A stretch of 32,000 nucleotides of DNA. Origin: Nitrososphaera viennensis EN76 (GTDB taxonomy: Archaea > Thermoproteota > Nitrososphaeria > Nitrososphaerales > Nitrososphaeraceae). The notes below the pieces were generated by a model. The model was not told where the DNA came from and did not search any database. It saw only the letters and a list, made by a program, of their open reading frames with translations. The stretch lies in assembly GCF_000698785.1 (NCBI RefSeq), contig NZ_CP007536.1, positions 1,740,001 to 1,772,000 on the forward strand. Direction: 5' to 3'. Made by a program: the position numbers and the translations under genes. This document shows, piece after piece, positions 16,255-23,010 of the stretch; position 1 is the first letter of the stretch; every line of letters begins with the position of its first letter.

Positions 16255-16973
16255 TCTGCCGGCACCTCCTTCTCCTGCTGCTGTTGCTTGCCCCGGAAAA
16301 ACTGCCTTGGCAAAAGCTCCATCACCTTCTGGCGCATGGCCTTCTGCTGCTCCTCGATGTCTGCCGTGCCGTCGATTACGACAAAGTTCTCCGGCCCGAC
16401 CATCGAGTCGTACTGCTCCACTATCCTTCCCTGGAATATGCGGTAGCTTTCATAGGGGTCGTTGCTCAGGTTCAGGTCCATGCCCGCCTCGTAGTACTTT
16501 AGTTTCGGCCTGTTTTTCACTATCCTGTCAAACGCCACGTCCACCGGCACTCTGAAGTAGAACGAGATGTCAGGCTTGACTGCAAAGTCGTACATGTGGC
16601 GCACCCAGCGCGGGTGGCAGCCCCGCACGACGTCGCGGGCAAACGCCGTGTAGATATAGCGATCGGCAAGCACGATGTACCCTGCGCGCAAGAGCGGCAG
16701 TATGTGGCGCTCGTACCGGTCGGCAAAGTCGGTGGCGTGCAGGAGGCTGAACGTTATTGGCGTCAGCAGGGCCTTTTTCTTGCCCTTGGACGTTATCTCC
16801 TTCACCGTCTCTGACGAGTTCCACTCGGTAAAGAACACCGGCAGCCCCATGTACCTGAACCACTTTTCAAGCAGGCGTATCTGCGTGGACTTGCCGGACC
16901 CGTCCACGCCCTCTACTATTATCAGCCTGCCCGGTATTATTTCGCGATTTTTAACATACGACATCATCACCAT
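16251..16973 (-). CDS. thymidylate-kinase-like P-loop protein, paralog A (canonical Walker A GVDGSGKST); candidate polyphosphate kinase subunit
   Basis: 240 aa. LIIVEGVDGSGKSTQ, LLHATDFADR, LRAGYIVLADRYIYT. The start lies 1 nt after the ppx stop. Confidence 0.8.
   Translation of the reverse strand: MVMMSYVKNREIIPGRLIIVEGVDGSGKSTQIRLLEKWFRYMGLPVFFTEWNSSETVKEITSKGKKKALLTPITFSLLHATDFADRYERHILPLLRAGYIVLADRYIYTAFARDVVRGCHPRWVRHMYDFAVKPDISFYFRVPVDVAFDRIVKNRPKLKYYEAGMDLNLSNDPYESYRIFQGRIVEQYDSMVGPENFVVIDGTADIEEQQKAMRQKVMELLPRQFFRGKQQQQEKEVPAE
16647..16690. repeat. 44-nt segment identical to 15868..15911
   Basis: See the partner repeat. Flanking codons are diverged. Confidence 0.9.
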
Positions 16974-16974
16974 A

Positions 16975-18624
16975 TCATACGATCACCTTGACCTCCTGAT
17001 GCTTTTTTGATGCAGACCCGTTTGCTGCAGAAACAACAACCTGGCAGCTTGCAGCGACGTCAAACGCGCGCTCGAAATTGCGCAGCGCGCTTGCAAGGAG
17101 CGTTGCCGGGACGGCCGGCTGCCTGCTGCCGCTACTCTGCATGATCCTGATTGCGACTTTTTTGTTGTTGTTGCCGCTTATTGACAGGCGCGCCGTCGCC
17201 TTTGTCCTTTCAAGGATCTCCGAGAGCACTATGCACGCCGAGATCTTCTCGATCGACTTTTTGTTCTGCGGCTCCAGTATCGACCCGTACCTTGAAAACA
17301 GCCAGTCCACTGTCTTTTCCTTCTTGGTGTGGACTATGGCAAGCGCAAGGATCAGCTGCTCGCGGTGCGTGAGAAACGCGTTGTCCTCGTCCATTATCAG
17401 GTGGAAGAGGTTGCTCAGGTTGGTGACGTTGGGAAGGGTGGCCATCTCTTTGAGCGCGTGGCCCAGTATCGCCCGCTCTTTTTCGCGCAGCAGGCCGGCA
17501 GACACTAGCGGCTTGACCAGCGAAAACGCGTACTGCGGGAGCACCTCCTGCTGGCACGCAAACGTGACGTACGCCTTGGCCCGCTCGGCAGTCATCACGT
17601 TATTGCTGTAGAACGCCTTTGGGTCGCGCAAAAACACCGACAGTATCCCTTCGCGCAGGCCCCTTGCGCTGACAACCACCTTGTCAAAGTCCAGCTTTTG
17701 CATGAGAAGCGAGATTACCGCCGCGCCGGCGACAATAGTGTCGACCCTGTTGCTCCCGATTGCCTTTATCTTCTCAAGATCGCCCCTGTCCATCTTGTAC
17801 AGCTCGCTTGCTATGGCAGAGACGGAAGAATGGTCCATGCGGTAGTTGTGGATCTTGTCAAGCTCATAGCCGGCAAGCTCTTGCTCATAGCGCGCAATCG
17901 CCCGCAGCGTGCCGCCGACGCCAACGAGCGTGGTGTCGACGCTTATGCCAAGCTCCTTTCTGTCCGGCAGCGTGTCCAGTATGCGCTCCTCCATCTTGCC
18001 GTACGCCTTCTTTGAAAACGAGCCGTCATCATCGTCATCTTTGCCATCGTCATTATCTTTGTTGTTATTATTATTGCCGTACATCTTTGACAGGCGCAGC
18101 GCGCCAAGCGGGTACGACTCGACCTTCTTTATGCCGTAATTCTCGGTGTAGACCAGCTCCAGGCTCCCGCCCCCGAGGTCGAAAAAGAGCGACGTGGGTA
18201 TGCACGTCGATTCCAGCGCGCCGACATACGAGTAGAACCCCTCTTCCTCGCCGGAGAGCACCTTGAACTGAAAGCCGGTCTCCTCGCGGACCCGCTTAAG
18301 AAAAGAGTCGCGGTTTGCAGCGTCCCTCACCGCGCTTGTCGCGACCGGCAGCACGTGCCGTATGGAATCGAAATTGATGACGTCGCGGAACAGCTTCAAT
18401 GCCTCGATGGTGCGCTGCACAGGCTCGCCGGAAAGATATCCTCCTCTGCCGAGCCCCTCTCCCAGCTTGACCTTGACCCCTTCCTGCCTGTACGCCTTGA
18501 AGGTGCCGTCGCGCTTGACGTCATAGTTGACCATCTTGACCGAGTTAAAGCCCAGGTCGACGACAGAGACTTTCATTATTATTATGCTACCATCCTCTTC
18601 ATGTGCCGCGGCGTGAGAAGCCAC
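16975..18624 (-). CDS. ppx: exopolyphosphatase / Ppx-GppA family phosphatase
   Basis: 549-aa ORF. Actin-like ATPase motifs VVDLGFNSVKM, ATSAVRDAAN, LSGEEEGFYSYVG, FFDLGGGSLEL, plus a C-terminal helical domain. The likely true start is M17 (MKVSVVDLG, 18576), which removes the 43-nt overlap with sixA. Confidence 0.85.
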   Translation of the reverse strand: MASHAAAHEEDGSIIIMKVSVVDLGFNSVKMVNYDVKRDGTFKAYRQEGVKVKLGEGLGRGGYLSGEPVQRTIEALKLFRDVINFDSIRHVLPVATSAVRDAANRDSFLKRVREETGFQFKVLSGEEEGFYSYVGALESTCIPTSLFFDLGGGSLELVYTENYGIKKVESYPLGALRLSKMYGNNNNNKDNDDGKDDDDDGSFSKKAYGKMEERILDTLPDRKELGISVDTTLVGVGGTLRAIARYEQELAGYELDKIHNYRMDHSSVSAIASELYKMDRGDLEKIKAIGSNRVDTIVAGAAVISLLMQKLDFDKVVVSARGLREGILSVFLRDPKAFYSNNVMTAERAKAYVTFACQQEVLPQYAFSLVKPLVSAGLLREKERAILGHALKEMATLPNVTNLSNLFHLIMDEDNAFLTHREQLILALAIVHTKKEKTVDWLFSRYGSILEPQNKKSIEKISACIVLSEILERTKATARLSISGNNNKKVAIRIMQSSGSRQPAVPATLLASALRNFERAFDVAASCQVVVSAANGSASKKHQEVKVIV

Positions 18625-19118
18625 CGCAGCTCTCCTTTTGCCCTTGGCCGAAGCGACGTCACGCCTACCTTGGCAAGGCCGGCCTTTTTCAGCACGATGC
18701 GCCCGTCGCCCTGGCCATCAAACGCCAGGTCGCGAACCAGGCTGCTGAGGTACGGCTCGTGGCCCACCACCATCACGGAATCCTCGGGCTTGAACCGGGC
18801 AAGCTTGGAGTAGAGCGCAACCCTGCTTCCCTCCGGCTTTAATTCGTCCCACAGCTCGAATTTCCCTTTCTTGATCTTTAATTTCTTGACGACAATCTCG
18901 GCGGTCTGGCGCGCCCTTGCAAGCGGGCTTGCGGCCACAAAGTCGAGCTTTACCCCGAGATCGGCAAGTGCGCCGGCTATCTCCATTACCTCCTCCTCGC
19001 CCGTGACCGTGAGCGGGCGCTCGGAATCCTTGCTCCCGGCGGCAAGCCTCTTGCCTGCCTCGCCGTGACGCAGGATGTAAAGATCCACGGGAGCTGGTAA
19101 AGCCGGCGCGTATATCAA
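18582..19118 (-). CDS. sixA: SixA-type phosphohistidine phosphatase (histidine phosphatase superfamily)
   Basis: 178-aa ORF. LYILRHGEAG catalytic motif, SPLARARQTAEI, VVGHEP. The probable true start is GTG at 19088 (V11), because TATA-like boxes lie at 19108..19135. Confidence 0.75.
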   Translation of the reverse strand: MIYAPALPAPVDLYILRHGEAGKRLAAGSKDSERPLTVTGEEEVMEIAGALADLGVKLDFVAASPLARARQTAEIVVKKLKIKKGKFELWDELKPEGSRVALYSKLARFKPEDSVMVVGHEPYLSSLVRDLAFDGQGDGRIVLKKAGLAKVGVTSLRPRAKGELRWLLTPRHMKRMVA

Positions 19119-19135
19119 ACTTGTCTATATATTTG
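19108..19135 (-). promoter_or_regulatory. two TATA-like boxes upstream of the sixA-ppx-tmkL-tmkL-CHAD operon
   Basis: Minus strand reads CAAATATATAGAC (19123..19135) and GATATAC (about 19110..19118). The spacing fits a leaderless or short-leader transcript starting near GTG 19088. Confidence 0.35.
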
Positions 19136-19167
19136 CAGTATATGGTTAAAAAAGAATGGGGAGGCCC

Positions 19168-20628
19168 TTACGAGCCATCTACCTTCAGTAGAAGCAGCTG
19201 CCCGCCTTCCTTGATGCTGTGCGCCTGAACGTCCACAAGCCAGCTTCCATTGCCAAAGAACTCCGAGACGTCCAGTATGCCGGAGGATTCCCAGTCGCCG
19301 TGCTTTGCCGCGCGATCCGCGTTCTGGTTCACGTGGGCCACGACCTTCATGTCGGCGTGGCCGGCGTCTATCGAGTCGAGGCTGACCCTGATTATCTTGG
19401 CGTTGTTGGCAATGTCGTACGGGCTTGACGGGTCCGAGCGGGTCACGCCGATGCGGTCCTCCTGTATCATCAGGCTTTTTTCGCTCGTGTCAATGTTGTC
19501 CGGGTTTGACATGCCGAGGCTGAGGCTTGCGTTGTAGCCCGGCGCAGCGGGGTCGTTGCCGTCCATTATCACCTGGAAGGATGCCTTGGTCGGGTTCCTG
19601 GGGTCGGTAAACGCGAACTTGTACATCCTGCCCCTCTCCCAGCTCTGGCCGTTTGCGCCCGGCGGGATCGCGGCCCCGTTTTCGTCCTTGTCGTTTCCGG
19701 TGTCAGCCATGTACATGACGTTTTCATGCCCGTCGCGCTTGTCCATGGCCGCGTCCTCGGGCCTTATGAAGGAGAAAGCGCCGGCCGCGTGCGCCGCGGC
19801 ATGGAGTGAAGCAGCGTCCTGGGTCTTGTAGTCCCAGCTCACAGGCACGAACCTTCCGGCCACCCGGCCTGTCGAGAAGTAAATGTCGTCCCAGCTGTTG
19901 GTGGTAGTGTTTTCAAGCGCACTGAAGACGTAAAGCTGGCCTTTGCCCTTCATGAAATCTTTGGGCGAGTCTGCCACGTACATGTAGACCTCGGACTCGG
20001 TCGCCTCGCCGTCCTCCGTCGTGATCATGACGGTCTTGCCCGCGGTCTTTTCAAAGTACGGGACGTGGATGGTGTTTTCGTGCGACAGCCTGCCAAGCCA
20101 CGGCATCTCTGTGACCTTGCCGGTCCTGGCGTCGACGCCTACAACCAGGCCGTCGCTGACTTCCTCGTTTGCAAAGTAGACAGGGTGCGTAAAGCCATGG
20201 CCGTCCACAAGCGAGGAGGAGCAGAACCTTTCGTACTGCTGCGAGCCGTCTATGACAAGCTGCTGCTCTATCACCTCGCCGTCCTTGTTGAGGACGAGCT
20301 CGGACACCTTTGCAAAGCCCCCGTGGTTTGTCCCGTTGTTGAGCTCGTGGCTGATAAATACGTCAAGCTTTTTGTCTACCTTGATGACGTACGCGCCGAT
20401 GCCGTCTGGGATGTTGGCAAAGGTATAGTCGCCTATCTTGTCGCCGCTGGTGATTATGGCCTTGACCGAGGCGCTTGCCGGGTCTGCCACCGTGACGTAC
20501 GGGGCCGCGCCCGTCAAAAAGCCACCTGAAGCCGCGCTTGCGCCTGCAATGGTCGCTGCGGGTGACAATAAAAGAACCCCAACCAGCGCCACGGCGGAAA
20601 CGATTGCGTAAAAGTTTGCAACCTTCAT
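19168..20628 (-). CDS. secreted PhoX-like (DUF839, beta-propeller) phosphatase
   Basis: 486 aa. N-terminal signal/anchor (AIVSAVALVGVLLLSPA). Blocks IPDGIGAY, ERFCSSSL, FANEEV, GRLSHENT, FIRPEDAA, MSNPDNID, MIQEDR resemble the PhoX/DUF839 family. Phosphate-island context. Confidence 0.6.
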   Translation of the reverse strand: MKVANFYAIVSAVALVGVLLLSPAATIAGASAASGGFLTGAAPYVTVADPASASVKAIITSGDKIGDYTFANIPDGIGAYVIKVDKKLDVFISHELNNGTNHGGFAKVSELVLNKDGEVIEQQLVIDGSQQYERFCSSSLVDGHGFTHPVYFANEEVSDGLVVGVDARTGKVTEMPWLGRLSHENTIHVPYFEKTAGKTVMITTEDGEATESEVYMYVADSPKDFMKGKGQLYVFSALENTTTNSWDDIYFSTGRVAGRFVPVSWDYKTQDAASLHAAAHAAGAFSFIRPEDAAMDKRDGHENVMYMADTGNDKDENGAAIPPGANGQSWERGRMYKFAFTDPRNPTKASFQVIMDGNDPAAPGYNASLSLGMSNPDNIDTSEKSLMIQEDRIGVTRSDPSSPYDIANNAKIIRVSLDSIDAGHADMKVVAHVNQNADRAAKHGDWESSGILDVSEFFGNGSWLVDVQAHSIKEGGQLLLLKVDGS

Positions 20629-20718
20629 GGCATGTCTGCAATCGCCCGGCCTGCACTAAAGCAGAGCCGCATGAAAGAACATAGCTGAAAATGTACCACT
20701 TTACAATATAGAAGCAGG

Positions 20719-20958
20719 TCACTTCTTTTTTGCCCTTGAAAAAGACATCTCTACGCCGGCAGACGGCAGCACCCTGACGCGGTACTCCTCGTCCCTTGCA
20801 AGCGGTATCATCGAGACGTTCCCGCCCGTGCACGACGGGCATGCAGGCGCGTCCCTGCCAAACACGGTCGCGCTCCAAAAGCACGACTCGCACAGCGCAA
20901 AATGCCTTTCAGAACCTATTATTATTGTTGTTGCTGTTACTGCCTGTTGTTGTTGCAT
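20719..20958 (-). CDS. small Cys4 zinc-ribbon protein, hypothetical
   Basis: 79 aa with CESC...CPSC. It lies upstream of and co-oriented with the PhoX-like gene. No family recognised. Confidence 0.35.
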   Translation of the reverse strand: MQQQQAVTATTIIIGSERHFALCESCFWSATVFGRDAPACPSCTGGNVSMIPLARDEEYRVRVLPSAGVEMSFSRAKKK

Positions 20959-21329
20959 GGCCGCCAGTTATTCTGCGCGGTGTGCTCATATCCCTTGCCG
21001 ACAGTCAACACATAGTTCAACGCGCGCCTACAGCTTGCCGGTGTTCTATATTGGGTAGCTTTTTGTCTTTACCCAGCAGTATGTCAGGGGACGGCGACGG
21101 CGTTGAGGTTGAATGGCAACCCCGAACAGCCAACCCCCCTCATCCCAACAATAAACGGCCCGCGGGTAATGCCATCAACCTCTGCTTAACCGTTTTTGTG
21201 AAATAATTTTCTGCGCCGGCATGAACAAAATTATAGAAAGACCTTTCACAATGCGGCAACGCCGCCGGTAATCGAACTATGAGAATTACGTCGGACATCC
21301 ATTAGAAGGGCGTCTATGCTACTTTTGAC

Positions 21330-22850
21330 ATGCACGGCTTTGAAAAAACAACGATTATTGCCGGATTTTTCGCCGCCGTCCTGGCTGCTATGCCCCTGCT
21401 GTCGGTTTACGCGCAGGGCCAGATAGTGATAGACGGCGCCGGCGCAACATTTCCGTTCCCGCTGATAGACACGTGGCGGGTGCAGTACCAGAAGGTAGAC
21501 CCAAGCATCAGCCTGAACTACCAGTCAATAGGAAGCGGCGGAGGGGTAAAGCAGTTCACCGAAAGGACGGTGGACTTTGGGGCGTCTGACGCGCCTCTCA
21601 CGGAAAGCGAGAGGAGCGCGCTGCCCGGGCCGGCAGTCCACATCCCTGAAACAATAGGCTCCGTGGTCGCTGCGTACAACGTGCCGGGCGTCGAGAAGGG
21701 CCTGAAACTAACCGGCCCCGTCCTTGCAGACATTTACCTTGGAAAGATAAAGAAGTGGAATGACCCGGCGATCGCCTCTGAAAACCAGGGCGTAAACCTC
21801 CCAGACCGCGACATCGTAGTGGTGCGCAGGGCAGACGGCTCCGGCACGACGTTCGTCTGGACAAGCTACCTAGCGACGGTGAGCCCGGAATGGAAGGACC
21901 AGGTGGGCGCAGGCAAGTCCGTCGAGTGGCCCGCAGGTGTTGGCGCTCCCGGAAACGAGGGCGTTTCAAACACGATAGGCCAGACGCCCTACTCGCTTGG
22001 GTACGTGGAGCTCTCGTACGTGCTCACGACGGGGATGGACTATGCCAGCATAAAGAACAAGGCAGGCAACTTTGTCGAGCCGACCCTTGCGTCGACAAAG
22101 GCGGCCGTGGAAGCGGCAGCTACGTCTCTCCCGGCAGGCGACGCCTCGTGGGCCAACGTTTCGCTCCTTGACGCGCCGGGCGACGACTCGTACCCGATTG
22201 CAAGCTTTTCCTACCTGCTGCTGTACAAGGAGATGAGCACGACCCCCAAGGTGAACAGCATGCAAAAGGCCCAGGCGATTGTTGACTTTATCGCGTGGGC
22301 AATCAGCCCCGAAGGGCAAAAACACGCCGAGGAGCTTTCGTACGTGCCCCTGCCTGACAACGTCGTTCAGGCGAACATGCAGACCCTCGCCTCGCTGACG
22401 TACAACGGCCAGCCTGTAATGCAGCAGCAATCCGGGCAACAATCCTCCACCGTGTCCGCCACGTTTGAAGGCAAGAGCTACCCTGTCAAGGTCAGCTCGG
22501 CAACCGCCAAGGTCACAAACATCGCGATAAACGCGGGCCAGTCAATCGACGTCGGGTTTGACAAGCCCGGCGACGTGGAGCTGACGCTGCCAAAGGCCAT
22601 GATAGACGGCATACAGGTCGTCTCGGCGGGAGGCCAGGAGGTAAGCTTCCAGCAGGTGGGCTCGACGGCTACGGACACCACGATAAAATTCACGGTGCCT
22701 GACGGCAGCACGGGTCCGGTCAGCATCAAGGGGGCGTCGGTCGTTCCCGAGTTTGGCGTGGTTGCAGCGCTTGTGCTTGCGGCATCGCTTGTGGCAGTGA
22801 TAGGCGTCGCTCGCTTCAAGGGGCAGGCCTTTGGGCTGGGCAGGCTCTAA
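21330..22850 (+). CDS. pstS: phosphate ABC transporter substrate-binding protein with C-terminal beta-rich extension and PEFG-type sorting/anchor signal
   Basis: 506 aa. GAGATFPFPLIDTWRVQYQK, NYQSIGSGGGVKQF, DFGASDAPL, RRADGSGTTFVWT. The C-terminus is VVPEFG + hydrophobic helix + RFKG (22746..22850). Confidence 0.9.
   Translation: MHGFEKTTIIAGFFAAVLAAMPLLSVYAQGQIVIDGAGATFPFPLIDTWRVQYQKVDPSISLNYQSIGSGGGVKQFTERTVDFGASDAPLTESERSALPGPAVHIPETIGSVVAAYNVPGVEKGLKLTGPVLADIYLGKIKKWNDPAIASENQGVNLPDRDIVVVRRADGSGTTFVWTSYLATVSPEWKDQVGAGKSVEWPAGVGAPGNEGVSNTIGQTPYSLGYVELSYVLTTGMDYASIKNKAGNFVEPTLASTKAAVEAAATSLPAGDASWANVSLLDAPGDDSYPIASFSYLLLYKEMSTTPKVNSMQKAQAIVDFIAWAISPEGQKHAEELSYVPLPDNVVQANMQTLASLTYNGQPVMQQQSGQQSSTVSATFEGKSYPVKVSSATAKVTNIAINAGQSIDVGFDKPGDVELTLPKAMIDGIQVVSAGGQEVSFQQVGSTATDTTIKFTVPDGSTGPVSIKGASVVPEFGVVAALVLAASLVAVIGVARFKGQAFGLGRL
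21499..21592. repeat. 94-nt tract with 1 mismatch to 23210..23303 (pstS paralogs). Further identical tracts: 21631..21680 = 23342..23391 (50 nt) and 22187..22242 = 23901..23956 (56 nt)
   Basis: Direct base-by-base comparison of the two pstS genes. The flanks carry many substitutions. Confidence 0.85.
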
Positions 22851-22854
22851 GAAG

Positions 22855-22886
22855 CCTCTCTCCTCTCCCTCTCTCTTTTTCTTACC
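22855..22886 (+). terminator. polypyrimidine/oligo-T tract after pstS copy 1
   Basis: cctctctcctctccctctctctttttcttacc begins 5 nt after TAA 22848..22850. Confidence 0.35.
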
Positions 22887-22901
22887 TGAAATTTACGCAG
22901 T

Positions 22902-22920
22902 ATTCTTTACGCTAAAGAAT
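22902..22920. promoter_or_regulatory. perfect 8-3-8 palindrome ATTCTTTA-CGC-TAAAGAAT upstream of pstS copy 2
   Basis: Read directly. It sits between the pstS1 terminator-like tract and TATA-like boxes (22921..22937, 22966..22977) of pstS2. Confidence 0.35.
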
Positions 22921-23010
22921 CTCTATAGCAATATACGAAAGCTATGTTCCTATGTATTGCATGTGAAGTATATACGCTAACCATTAATCCACACTCACTA
23001 ACTCACGCAC

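Noticed and set aside
15319-16446. 375-aa plus-strand ORF across both dTMPK-like genes (and similar long antisense ORFs at 10725..11450, 23236..24045, 27416..28141, 3630..4223, 11712..12497)
   Set aside because: Each lies opposite an ORF with strong family motifs. The translations are Arg/His/Pro-rich and lack recognisable domains. The opposite-strand genes explain the open frames.
18019-18078. AT-rich repeat-like stretch in ppx as a microsatellite or insertion of foreign DNA
   Set aside because: It stays in frame and encodes a continuous Asn/Asp-rich loop between conserved PPX blocks. There are no flanking direct repeats.
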